NCBI GenBank assembly: GCA_022813965.1
Contig: JALDZS010000017.1
Coordinates: 1-64,000, forward strand
Source: Toensbergia leucococca
Taxonomy: Eukaryota
Direction of reading: 5' to 3'
DNA: 64,000 bases
In this document: in pieces, positions 1 to 12,600 of the stretch
How the letters are laid out: each line of letters starts with the position of its first letter
Position numbering within the stretch: the first letter of the stretch is position 1
Program-made: the position numbers and the translations under genes
Notes under the pieces: model-generated
What the model was told of the DNA's origin: nothing
Seen by the model: the letters and a program-made list of their open reading frames with translations, nothing else
Databases searched by the model: none

Positions 1-1
1 C

Positions 2-229
2 ATCGCTGCCCTCCGCCGCCTCCGCACAGTTGATCGCGCGAACGAGCCTCCTGCTGAAGCCGAATCCAGAAGGGGTTCTGTTGCTACACGCCTAAGTCGG
101 GCTTGGCGTACTGGGGCGAGGGTTTCAACTGCTACTGAGGACCCGGTGTCTGATGCATTAAATGTGAGTGCAGGGGATGAGGAAGAAGGATCCGCCGAGG
201 AAAGAAGAGCCGGCACTTTTGCCGGGTGA
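2..229 (+). CDS. 3' end of a gene truncated by the window edge (partial, product unknown)
   Basis: Frame 2 is open from base 2 to TGA at 227-229 (IAALRRLRTVDRANEPPAEAESRRGSVATRLSRAW...GTFAG*), followed by G/T-rich 3'UTR-like sequence. Confidence 0.5.
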   Translation: MAALRRLRTVDRANEPPAEAESRRGSVATRLSRAWRTGARVSTATEDPVSDALNVSAGDEEEGSAEERRAGTFAG

Positions 230-986
230 GCTAATCTTCTTTTCTGAGGCTTTTTCTTTGGTGGTTCGAGGGATGGCGGGAATGATGGAACGTGAATGGG
301 TTGTTGCTGGCGGCGGGTGTGGGAGCCGGAAGTGCATTGCATCTGCGTCTTTTTCTGTAAGCGATTGGTGTTTCTGTGGGCATCGGGATGTTTCTAGCGG
401 CCGGATATCGTTGGACGAGATTGAGGGCATTTCAACATGTATTATGCTGTTATGGATCGGGAAGAGGGGGGATGGGATGGGATGGGGGAGCAGTGAAAAA
501 GCTGTATATATGTACATGACGGGGGTGATGAAGAGAATGTAAATTACGAAGTACTCGAAACGAATGTTGACGTTGGCTGGGATGAATTGAATATGTGTTT
601 TCATGATCGAGAAGCTTGGGAAGCTTGTCACTGGGCGCTTGCGGCCTTGTTGAACACTTTTGGATTTTTCATCTTTAGGCTGCCTTTTTTTCTAAAAAAA
701 AAAGGAATGGGGGAGGCTTTGATTTCGATGGCGGATGGAATTCCAGATATCCATGTTTTTTTTTTCATTCGCCATTTCTTTCTCATTCTTTCTCATCACT
801 TCTTTCCCAACCGGAAATCTTATCTATCTATCTATCTACACCCTCAAATCATCCCAAAAATAGACACTCGGGGGTTTGAGTGTTGTGGGTGTCAGCAAGA
901 ATGTAACGACGCAGGATTCAACAGGGGTTATTTGTATTTTTTGCTGGGATGAGGTATGAGAGGAGTTTTGAAGGGGGATTGAGGTA

Positions 987-1021
<35 letters not shown>

Positions 1022-1022
1022 G
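987..1022 (+). repeat. (GAGGGT)5+ hexamer microsatellite within a ~250-bp G/A-rich tract (960-1210)
   Basis: Five exact GAGGGT units plus GAGGGG, read directly. Confidence 0.9.
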
Positions 1023-1694
1023 AAGGGATGTGATGGGATTGAGATTGGATGTGAGTTTGAGAGGAGGTGGGGTTTGGGTTTCGGGGGGGAGGGGGGAGGA
1101 GAGGTAGGGAGGTGAGGGTGAGGAAGGGGTGAGGAAGGGAGGGGAGGGTGAGGAAGGGAGGTGAGGGAGGTGAGGGGAGGGAAGGAGGAAGTGAGGGAAA
1201 AGGGGTGATAAACAAGTTAATAAAAGTCTTATACTGAACCCCTCTACAAAGGTGAAAGCAAAGCCAAGCTGAGTGCTAAAGGTCACAAGACACGAGCGTG
1301 AAAGAACAAGCCAAAATACAAGAGCCGGGGGGTATGAGATTGAGAGAGATATGAACAAAAACTCTCATCTTCCCAGCAATCTAAAAGATACCAATAACAA
1401 GACACCGATTCAAAAACCTCAGATCCACAAAACCAACAGGAAATCCGGGGTAGAAAATTCATCATATACTCGAAACTACCCGACACAGTGAACAGGAATA
1501 CCAAAAAGTCGTCAATCACATCGGGTCGTTCTACACTACAGACTTATCAATGGACATCTACCAATCTACATCCCCACTCAATATGAAAAGTCCAAGCTCA
1601 GGAATCGCCTATTCATTCCCAAGTCCCTCATGTACCTTACAAAGCAACAAACAAAGCCTCCCTTTTTCATCCACCAGTCACCACACACACCCCC

Positions 1695-4568
1695 TCAAAC
1701 ACTTCCCCCCGGTTCCTCTCTCTCCCTCCCTCTCTCCTGCGCAAAAGCGTTTCCCCCACCAGGCACCGGTCTCCTCATCTGCGGTACGCTCTCAAACCCC
1801 AGCGGCCGCGGCTGATACGGATTATTAGCACCATAACCTCCCTGAGGCGCCGCATAATCATGGTACGAAATCTTCATGCGCGGGCCCGCCGCCGCCTCAG
1901 CTATCGTCTGAAAATGGGAAACGGGCGCTTCCCCAGTTTTTCGTTTGCCGCGGGTGCTCTGGCGGTGGAGAAGACCGCGGACTTCTTCTATAGCGGTGTC
2001 GAGAGCTATGTCTGGCGAGGCCGGGCCAATGATGTTGTTGTCGTTGTCAAAATGGGGTTCGTCGCGGGCTGGGTCAGCGGCGGGGGAGCGGCTGTTTAGG
2101 GTATTGAGGGCCGAGGATTCTTTTCTGGAACCGAGGATGGAGGAGGTACGTTGTAGGAGGGTAGTGTTTATTGTTGGGTTTCTTGGGGAGATGCTTGAAG
2201 AGGTTGGTGTGGAGATCGGACTAGGATCTGGGATGTCCGGTTGTTTGGAGGGAACAAGTCTCTTTGCTTCTATGGTGGCAGCAAAGGCGGAGCGGTTGGA
2301 CGCTGCTTCCGAGTCGGTGACAGAGACAGAGTATGTAGGTTTGTCACTGCTACCGAGCGCAGCGTCGCTCCCGCCGGGGCCGTAGATGGGAACTTTTCGT
2401 AGGGCTAGAACAAGAGCGCACATGAATTTAGAGCGACGTGCGGCTCTTACGGCTTCGTTTGCCCAGTTTGACTATTTCAATTAGTGTGAGACTTTGTTTG
2501 AAATGACACCTATTCCTTCGTACCTTGTGTCGAATCTCAACCTTCAACTCCATCTTGTTCATCTCTGAAATGCCAGTGACTTCGACGTCGATGTCAGTCT
2601 GGAAATCCCTAGAATTCTCCTTGTCCAGAACGAATGCCTGCATCTCGTTTTTCAGGAGCTGGATGTCTTCAAGAGTTGTGTCGAAGCTGATATACATGAG
2701 GAGCTGTTCTCTCATAGCTTTCGATCTCGAAACATTTTCAATCCAATTGGTATTCAGCACTATATTAGGTACCTGTGTCATCTTATGGTCCTTGACTTTC
2801 CTAAAGACAGTAAACAGTAAAGAGATGTGCTCTACAATCAATTGCTCTTGGCCGATATCAACTCGGTCGAGCACATCAAAGGGATGTTTGACGAAGAGGA
2901 ATATACAGGAGCCAAGGACTTCTTGACAGGTGGTAGCGAAAACGAACGACATGGACAGTAAGGCAGTCCCAGCTGTTGCAAGTGTGGTGGTGAAAGAGCT
3001 GTTCAGAAATCCCACTATGAATAGATCAGCATCAGAAATTTCCGAGGGTCTGACTCGGCCTACCAAAAACAAAAATTGTGATGATGAAAACGACGGTACA
3101 TAGAAGCTTATCCAGAACATTGATAGCCTGATCAACGTCATGCATGCTGTTTGCGATCGAATGTCGTTCACGACCAAATTCGCAGACTGTCATAATCATC
3201 TCATCAAGGCTAATGTCCCCGTTGCCATCTCGGTCCAGAGAGGCAAAACACTCCTCTGCCTCAGACTGACGTTCAGAGCCGAGGACTTCAAGAATATCTT
3301 CCTCAAACAAAGCTTCTTTACCCTCAACAACAAAGCTCATCCATAATCGCTTTGCCAATGCCTCGGAAGATTTGGTCTTCTCCAAAGCTTCAACCACAAT
3401 TGAGTGGGCCGAGTTGGGGTTGAAGACTTCTTTACCCGTGACCTCATGGGCAATGTTTCCGAAAGCCGATGTGATCTTATCGCCGACACGGCCTACATTC
3501 TGTAGCAGGCGCATTGGCGTAGCGGAGCCCGATCGACTGTGGCCGTTCCCACGTTGAATTGACCCGATATCAATCGAATCATTGATGATGTAGTCCTCCT
3601 CTGCGAATTCATTGCAATAAGCTGGGAACAAGGACCGAGAAGCATCATACAACAAACTCAAGAGGAAAATGTTATGTTTCGATTCCTTGATCTTGGCATT
3701 GAACTGCTTCCGGTGGTAGCTTATAGATATGAGTTGAACAAGCAATTTCTCGGCAAGGAAAATGAGAGATGCCACCAACGCTGCTGCCAAGATGTTCTGT
3801 ATTGTTGACTCCCACTGCGTAGTCTTGGTCCCTGTTCTCCGTTGGTCTGGGTTATGGGTCATCAACTGCGAAATCTTAGCTCTAATATAGGCTGTTGTAT
3901 GATCGAGAGATGCTTACGGGAAGGAAAGTAGCGAGCGAAGTCAACGCCCACCCGGACAATGACAGAGGTATTTCCAAGGCCTGGAGTACCATGGCGTATT
4001 TTCTTGTCCCAGAGCTGACGATACCACAGAGGAACTGGAAGATGGTTGGGGTAAATCGGGCGAAAATTTTTGACACCCATAGACTCAACCACACAATCTC
4101 CACCCATGTGAATATCCATACAATGCGGACACCTCCTAGTTCTGCGGTTTGGGCCGCAGTGGCACCGATTATGACGGGTATGGCTATCAAGATGGCCAGA
4201 GGAAGCACATAGAGGAAATAACGAGTGATGATAGAAAAGTTCAAAATCTGATCATAGATCTTCCCCATGTGTGTCAAAGAGTCTTCTTCACCATCTGGCC
4301 CAGCCCGCTTGTTTTTCGCAGCACGTCTTCGACCAGCGACATGTCGTTGAAAAAGGCCAGCTTTCTCGTTGGGTTGCTGTTCAGTGGTCGAAGGTTGCCG
4401 AGCATATGCCGGAGGAGAGGCGCTGCCACTTGCTGTGCTCACCGTGGTCATTGGAATGTCGATTGTGGCATCGTTCGGACTCCCCATTTTTGGAGAGCCG
4501 TTGTCAGGCAACTGATGAAAGCCTTCCTTTGAGAAGCGCTGCTGACCAGGGAGGGAGGGCTTAGACAT
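1695..4568 (-). CDS. MscS-family mechanosensitive ion channel with EF-hand (fungal Msy1/Msy2-like), 4 exons
   Basis: Exons 4568-3918, 3865-3064, 3014-2524, 2471-1695 joined by GT-AG introns. N-terminal TM helices, EF-hand DRDGNGDISLDE, MscS core FLFVKHPFDVLDRVDI...VPNIVLNTNWIENVSRS, and HK|SNWANEAVRAARRSKFMCALV. Confidence 0.92.
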
Positions 4569-5783
4569 TTAAGCTAAGAAAAGGAATGTGTTCAAGTCAA
4601 GAGGCAGGACAAAGACTGTCCAGTATCACAAAAGGGTTGGAATGTTGGGATGAAAGGCATCAAGCGAGTTGCATTGCTAGCGATCGACACGAGCTGTCAT
4701 GAGGCTATCTACCAGAGAGCAATTGAACAAAAAGCAGTAGTAATGCTGTAAAGACAGTAGAAGAGAAGTGAAGGTCAAGGTGTTGAAGTGAAAGGAGAAA
4801 AGAGGAGGACAAAGAAAGGTTCCGCATTGACGGATATTAAAGTGCTCGTGCGTTTCAGGGGGAGCATTGTATCAGCCGCGTCGAAACACGTGATGCACAA
4901 CAGAAAGGTGCATCATATATCATGCCCGAGGCAGTGTGAAGCTGATCATCGTCGCCCATCACACAACCTGTTGTTCGAAGTGAGCTGGAAAATGGGTGAG
5001 AATATTAGAAGAATCAATCACGATTCTTTGGATTTAGACTCTTGAATTACGGAGCTACATAGATTACATTCCTCGATTAGGTATGCAATACTCTCCATGA
5101 CAGTAAATGCTCTCAGTACGATGTCTCCACGTAGCAGCCACGCAGGAGGCAGCCTAGCTAGCTTTCCCTATTCTTTTTTCCCACAACCCCTCCCCGTGTC
5201 TTCAACCCCCCACGTCTACTTTGGTAAGCTCGGCAAGTCACTCGTGGTGCCTGCGCTCTCTTTCTCTATCCGAAGCTTGACAAGCCAAGTGAAACCGGCG
5301 TTGACTCGGACAAGTCTAGAGTCGTGTTGGGAAGCGTACTCCAATGTGTCACTATGGACTGAGTTCTTGACAGGAAGTGTAACAGCAACGCCGATGGTTG
5401 GATTGTGGTTTGTGACATTGCTGGGCAAAAGCCCGTCAACCGGATAATGAGGAGATACTAGAATAGTTTCTTCGATCTGAGCGGATCAGCAGCATTAATA
5501 AGACTCTTTGGTCCGAGATGGAGCGGTTTCGGAACATGGATCAGGGCATTCCACACTGGTAGCCAGAGCAATGTTCTGATGCTCTTAGTCGGCCTCATAC
5601 AACTCCCACAAGAACAACGTGATTTGGACAGCTCGTCGGGGGATTACTCTGTATCTATTGTGTGCTTGATGAACTCGAAATCTCAGTTGACCCCCAGATC
5701 CGATAAATCCAAAAGCGCCACAACGCCACGCCCAAAACCCCCACCCCAATTTTCCCCACAAGCACTCTTACGACCCACAAACA

Positions 5784-6611
5784 ATGTCCTCTTCTCCTAC
5801 CCCAGAAATGCCCCCAAATGCCCTCCGCACTTCTCAACTAAACCAAAACCTAACCCACATCCACTCCCTCCTCACTGCCAGCACCCCCGCCCACCGCACA
5901 ACAACCCCCCTCCTCGTCGCCGTCTCAAAACTCAAGCCCGCCTCGGACATCCTCGCCCTCCACTCCACCCCTCACTCCCACCTCCACTTCGGCGAAAATT
6001 ATCTCCAGGAACTGCTTTCCAAAGCCGAGACTTTACCGCGGTCTATCAGGTGGCACTTCATCGGTGCGCTGCAAACGAACAAGTGCAAGCCGCTGGCCGA
6101 GGGCGTGCCGAATCTGTGGTGCGTGGAGAGTGTGGATAGTGTTAAGAAGGCGCGAGCGCTGGATCGGGGGCGGGCGGTTTTGTGGGAGCGGGAGGAGGGG
6201 CGCAGGGGGGAGAGGTTGCGGGTTTGTGTGCAGGTGAATACTTCTGGGGAGGAGGGGAAGAGTGGGTGTGCACCTGGGGAGGAGACGGTCGGCCTGTGTC
6301 GGATTGTCAGAGATGAGTGTCCTCAGTTGGAGTTGAGGGGATTGATGACTATTGGGGCGCTGGCGAGGAGCAAGGAGGGTGGTGATGGAAATGAGGATTT
6401 TTTGTCCTTGAAGAGGGTTCGGGGGGAGGTGGAGAGGGAGTTGGGAATCGGGGAGGGAGAGCTGGCGCTGAGTATGGGGATGAGTGGCGATTTCGAGGGG
6501 GCATTGAGGGAGGGGAGTGATGAGGTTAGGGTGGGCACGGGGATTTTTGGCGAGAGGCCGGCTAAGGGGGATGGGGAGGTTAAGGGGGAGGTTGAGGGAG
6601 GGAAGGAGTGA
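5784..6611 (+). CDS. Pyridoxal-phosphate homeostasis protein (YggS/PROSC/YBL036C family)
   Basis: Intronless 275-aa ORF with family motifs LVAVSKLKP, FGENYLQE, WHFIGALQTNK, VQVNTSGEEGKSG, GLMTIG, LSMGMSGDF, VRVGTGIFG. Confidence 0.95.
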   Translation: MSSSPTPEMPPNALRTSQLNQNLTHIHSLLTASTPAHRTTTPLLVAVSKLKPASDILALHSTPHSHLHFGENYLQELLSKAETLPRSIRWHFIGALQTNKCKPLAEGVPNLWCVESVDSVKKARALDRGRAVLWEREEGRRGERLRVCVQVNTSGEEGKSGCAPGEETVGLCRIVRDECPQLELRGLMTIGALARSKEGGDGNEDFLSLKRVRGEVERELGIGEGELALSMGMSGDFEGALREGSDEVRVGTGIFGERPAKGDGEVKGEVEGGKE

Positions 6612-8483
6612 GTGGGGTTTGTTGTGGGAGGGAGAGTTCTGGGTGGACGAATAGATGGCTGTCTTCTTATGATACTGCACGCAAAGGGGACATGCTTTTC
6701 GACTGTTCTAATCTCGAGCTTCGACACGCTGGAAGAAAAGGAAGAGCTTTCCCTATCCCAAAACTTAGTGTTGCACTACCCATTCAAGGAAACGATCCTG
6801 GCTAGATAGCATTCCCCTCCACACATCTGCACGGTCTTTGGATGCCTTTTTCAGCAGGCATTGAATTCATTGTTTTCGAGAGACTGCAAAAGCCCTCCTT
6901 ATCATAACTTTAAGCCAGTACTCCGTACAGCCTAGCAACAAAAACATCGGCAAATATACTCGCCCAAAAAGTCAAAGCCCCAACACGCCAACCAACATCA
7001 AAACCCTCGCCGCCATGATGCTCACGGTCCATTCTGGCTCCTACGATTCATGAGAGTTCGGAGCTTTGCTTGGCATACTCGATACGCTGCTTGAGACCAT
7101 CAGCAGTCAAAGGTCCTTCAATCGGCCTAGGCCATGCTGGAGGATCGACTCGCATCTGCTGTGCTCGGGGCACATCAACAGACTCGGTCGCTGAGGTGGA
7201 AGGTAGGTGGAAGCTGACTTCATGCGATATTCACCTCGTTCCCTTCTTCAACGTCCTTGGGGGGCTCTTGGCAAAGCAACTCTTGTGCCCTCGTACCATG
7301 CTAGTAGAGACTTGGAGACGACCTTTGTGATTCATAGATGCCCCACAATGTTCTGGATGAGTAGAATGCTCCGACTGATGTTGGCGTCTGCATTGGACAG
7401 TCTGAAGCCTAACTTGTCTATGGTAGCTGTGGTTTTATGGTGTAGTGATCCAAAGGCTCTCTTTGTAACTTAATGCCTGTTCTGGAAAGCACCAAGAACG
7501 ACTAAAGTAGTGGCATCGTTCCAAACGTTGACAGTCGCCTTTAAGATGTTGCGAGAAAAGCCCATGTCATATCTCTTGTTGTACCTTATGAATTTGTCCT
7601 CGTAACTTGTCATTACTCCCGCTGGATAACTTCTTGCCACCTTCTCGACATGAAGGACGTACTGCTCGCTGTTCTACGTCCAGCAAGCTAGGTCGTGATC
7701 CCCCACTAGATTTTTCGGACTTCCAGCCTCTCAGGAGCAGTCAGGATAGTAGGTGCAGAGTTGAATGTGCCCCCTCCAAGACACCCACAATTCGGGAAGC
7801 CCACACTTCCAACCTCTCATCTACCCTCTCCATAGCACTTACTACTAGTATTTCCAGCAAAGATCCGTCAAACATTCCTCGAATCCATCTCGTCAACGCC
7901 ATCCAACTCCTATCATCTCCCTACCAATTCCTTCCTCCGAGACCTCAATTCAACCTCTCACATTTCCTTGTCGATGATTGAGTCCTCTGTCATCTCTCAA
8001 TATTCACGAAGATCTTCATTCTTTTGTTCCAACATTGCGAGACTGGCTGGCGACTTCATCTGTTGGTGGGTGACTCCACTGGTTCAGCATGGTAATTTCG
8101 TACTTATCAGACAAGGTTCCACTGTCATACCAACGATCTTCTCGCCTCAAAGTCCCTAGTCTCAAATCTCGCAAAAGGTTCTTGAAAACCTTGCACGGTT
8201 ACTTCCTACCGTTCAGCACCCTCAAAGATAGGTAGAATGAAACTGAAAAGCTACGTTCTTCCTCCCTCGGCTTCCGGACTCTTGCCTTATCCAAGGAACT
8301 AGATACTCGTCCCACATCGATCATGTAATATATCTCGCTATCCTACCGGCCCATGACCTCCGTGTTCACATCTGATGTTGCACCTGCTCTCGAAGTGGCA
8401 CGTGCAGCTAGTAAAGTCTCTTCGAACTCCCATCAGGCCTCAAGTCTTCGTTTTTTCTCAACGCCTCTCTTCTATCGACTACA

Positions 8484-9377
8484 GTGACTGACCCAGCCAT
8501 GGATGCAGCATCGAGTCCTCCAGTTCACCCAGCAGTTGAGAGAGCCCTGAGACGCTACTTCACAACCTCATTTTCTATCTGTGGACTTTTTCGAACGTAC
8601 CCCAGAGGCCCTGCCAGAAACCATTTTCAGGGTTCAGCGGAGCCCAGGAAGTGCCCGTGCCTTACTTTGGAAATCGGTCCCATTGATTATATGCGGAGCC
8701 TAAAAGAATTGAAGATAGAACACGATCGCGTATAGTATACTTCGGTGCCAATTGCTGCGGCTCTTGTATACGCAACTGATGTGATATGGGAGCACCAAGG
8801 AGGAAGCGCTTCGTCTTGGATATCGATCCCTTTGGAAGTGCAGAGCCGAGAGAAAACTTCCAGCCAGGACACGGTAGCATTGTCTACGCGTGTATCTCTC
8901 GATTGCTGCGGCTGTGTGGACTGATCCGAATGTATCCCAGAGGCCCTGGTAGAACCCGTTTTTAGAGTTCGGCGCAGCCCCAAGGAGGAAGCGCCATGTC
9001 TTTGATATCGATCCCTCTGGTTAGATGCGGAGCCCAAAAGAAATTTGCAACCGCGTCACGGTAGTGCGTTAGCAGAAGCGCATCTAATAGACCATGTATG
9101 GTACACCTTCGTTTCGATTTCTACGGCTCTTGTATACGCGACCGACGTGATCCCAGAGTACCAAGGAGGAAGTGCCGTGCCCTGTTTTAGAAATCGATCC
9201 CTTTGGTAAAACGCAGAGCCCAAAACAAAGCACACAGAAGAAGATCTGAAGAGCTTGAACTCAGATTTGAAAAATGAGACGGAAATTCCTGAAAATTTTT
9301 TCAGTGCCTATCCTGAACATTTGTCTGGGGTCTTTTGGTTCTCGCTGGCCTCGGTATTGGCGGCATTGTCGTTCTAG
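8484..9377 (+). pseudogene. Decayed internal-repeat protein with hydrophobic C-terminus
   Basis: One frame runs 298 codons with 4 internal stops (8733, 8922, 9003, 9207). Repeated peptides V[*/W]YT..(P/S)I..ALVYATDVI.E.QGGSA and RSLW..AEPK; ends GVFWFSLASVLAALSF*. Confidence 0.5.
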
Positions 9378-9669
9378 CTTCTATCATGTCCCATTATCAC
9401 ATTCTTATCACTCTCTTTTGACCAGAGGGTAGAGTGATTTGGCGAAGATGGGCATTCAGCTGTGTTGGTGAGATTGAAGGCACCACCTTCGAATTTGTCG
9501 AGGCTGAAGAGATATTTGTCCTTTCCTTGCGCTACGGATGAACGCGAACGGTCTCCTCCTGGGTCCTCTCGCCGGTGATGAGTGGTTTCGAAAGCCAACA
9601 AATACTTTTCAACAGACCTACTTTATCTGCCGACGAGGCTGCGGAGCTGTGGAATGCCCGCAAAGACGC

Positions 9670-12600
9670 TGGTCACCCTTTCACGGCGGTAGAATTCTGC
9701 CTTGGTTGAGGAGTGATTGCATTGCCTTGACGTAGGCCCATGAACTGGCCTTTTCGGAGACTCACAAGGGGTTCGGAGACCTGATTACGTTCGCCAGTGG
9801 TTGTGCGGCTGCGGAGTAAGAAGGTGATCCTTATACAAACAAGATAGTTGAGGAGCTGAGAGATGTACTTAGCGTATTCCAAGATCCCCCACAAATGGCC
9901 ATTGAGACACTCGACTTGAACAGCTTTCCAAGGGGCAAGTCTTCGCAAGATCCGTTCTTGTTGCTCCAGCGTTCGTTCGGGCTTGGCTGAAAAAGGGGGA
10001 AAAGGCTTCTCTGGCCTCTTCTCAAGCCGCAAATAAAGAATCCAAAGTGATGCTCTGCACAATCCACTCCCGCTGTGTCCATGAATCTGCTTTCTCCGGC
10101 ACGAAAGATCAAGAGCAGAAAATAAGATCGTTCTTTCGAGTCAGTTGGCGATGGCCTTCCGGATTTTGTTTGCGGATTTTCCGGATGGGGGTCGGGCTGT
10201 CCATAGGGTTGATCTCATCCCTGTGATTATACCTCAAATCATGCGGATCTAGCGAACACCGCTCAAATTTCGTATTCAACCAAGCTTCTTCATTCGCTAT
10301 GCAGTATAGGCGCTCATTGGCGCGTGCCGTGGTGGAGCAGAACAATTTCCTTGTGGTCAATTCACGTAGAGTATACGAGTACTGAGAGTGGACTTTACCT
10401 CTAGATCTTCTTCATTCCGAAGCTGGCCTTGTCCTTTTTCCAAATTGTCCTCTTCGATGAGTTCTCACTGACACAATGCGCTCGCCTGTACTGGACTGGC
10501 CCCTAAAGCAGACGAGGATATCACAACCACTCGAATCTTTCGAGGATATATCGATGATTGGCAAGATTTTGTTGCTGCGAAACGTTGTGGTGCTCTTGGG
10601 ATAGTACTGACAGTCCAAGACTATCATCGCCAGTGCTTAGTAGGGAAGGAGAAGATGTGACCTGCCACAAACACAAAATGTAAAGATCTCGCCCACAAGA
10701 GGAAACTGGTCTGTACTAATCCGCGATGACTTAGTTTATCATGAAGGTCCTTTCTTCCTTTGACTCAATTGCCTACAGGCACATCTGGGAGTTCGCCGAA
10801 ATATTTCTGCGCCTCTTCTGAGTACAGAGACATTATCTCTGCTGTTGGTAGTAGCTGGTCTTACGCCAAGACGCATGAAAGATCGTTGGATTAGATGATT
10901 CGCTGCTCTTGCGACTCGGACTGTGGCTTTGCAGTAGCGTTATGGATACGCTGCGCAACGTTTTGATAGCTTTGGGAGGTTGACGCATGATCCAGGTATG
11001 TGGAGAAATACTCATGCCTACAGGCTCGAGAGCGATTTGACCAGTCTCCAGATTTTGCTTTGGATACGTCTTGAGGAAAATTGATGCCAGTATCCTCAGC
11101 CACGTCACCCCAGGTATCTGACTCCACAGTGTTTAGTAGCTCCCCGTCCTGTTGCACTCTAAAAAACCATGGAAGGATCATTGTTTGAATCTTCATATCT
11201 TTGCTGGGAGACTGTGAATTGACCCATGCAGGATCGCCAGCCTCATCGCTCTCATGTCACCACATCAGTAAGGTACTGGTACGAACATCTCAAATTCTGC
11301 ACGATCCACGGCTTTTCTGAGACTGTGTATGTGATCATCTGTAAATTTTCACCGCGTGAGCGACTCTCTCCCACCACTTTCGGATTTTTCTATGTAAATC
11401 AGGCACTACCTCGGGGATTCATCATCAAAGAAAATCTTGTCCCTGGACTAGTACCTCAATGGTCAGTTGCTGAGTACTTAGAAATTTTTGTATCCGAGAG
11501 TCTACGGAAGGTGCGATTGCCGCCCTTGAAGTGCTTGGCGTAAATTAGGTACCCAACAAGCCTTCGATATTGATCTGGCCTGAGACTGACACAGAAGTAC
11601 CAGTAGCTCTGATCCCGTATTGGTGTTCTGACTGCTGAATTGGACCCTGGATACTCCCTCATGTGATTCAGTGACCACTTCAGTGTCCGTGGCCAAAGAG
11701 TCTTCGACCGTCCGATATGGTCCTGGAGCGTCTCAGACCAGGGAGAGCAGTATCTTATGGGATCTGCTATTGCTTCGATCTAAAATAGCATGCAGAGAAG
11801 AGTGTTGTGTTGGATTTAGAGGCGCACGGCCAATAAGTCTCACTTATTAAGAATTTCAACTTTTCGTGTAGCTTTGACTTGATCTTTCTGTCCTTGAAGT
11901 GATAGTCCCTGGAACTGTTGGACTCCGATTGCCCAGCCGAACTCAACCTCCTGGAATTGCTGGAATCCAAAGGCCAAGCCGAACCAATCTCTTTCTATCC
12001 TTGAAGTGATGGTCCCTGGAACTATTAGACTCCAATTGCCCAGCCGAACCCAACCTCTTTCTAGAATTCAAATTTACGTACTTCGCCAAGAGCCCTGACG
12101 ACATCGATATTCCTAGCCTTTTCTACAGCGTACGGGGTCAAATAACTATGTCCAGAAGGATGACCATGGCCGTACGACCAAAAGAAGAAGAGATATTGTC
12201 AAGATAGGCCAGACCAAATCGCATGAAATACTATGCAGGCCATTTACTAAGGACTTCATTAATCCAGCAAGTTTAATACTGCTTTCAAGAGCAAGTCTTG
12301 CTCTTCGAACATTAGGCACAGAGTACTTATACAACACGCTGTGCGGACCTTCAAATTTACCCTGAGAAGAGCGAGGACTCTTGGAGAAATGATTCTCTCG
12401 AAGAGTGGGTTTCTTAGGGCTTCCAAAGGGCAGTCTGCCGTCTCCCAGAGTTTCGTAGTGACTTCATAGTCACAGTAAGGATATCAGGGCTCGAAGATCG
12501 ACGTCCGATTTACGCGCATGTGGAAAACCTATGTAGTAAAATACCTGTATATACCATCTGGGAGACCTTGGATCGAGCTTTTTTTGGGGTTTCTTTCCGT

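Noticed and set aside
158..1519. Short overlapping ORFs from the track (also those antisense to conserved genes, e.g. 6033-6680, 39474-39962)
   Set aside because: Low-complexity or shadow frames caused by base skew and opposite-strand coding.
8578..9225. CRISPR-like array (also considered for 25.4-26.0 kb)
   Set aside because: Eukaryotic context, degenerate repeats, inter-repeat segments that are themselves homologous, and no cas genes.
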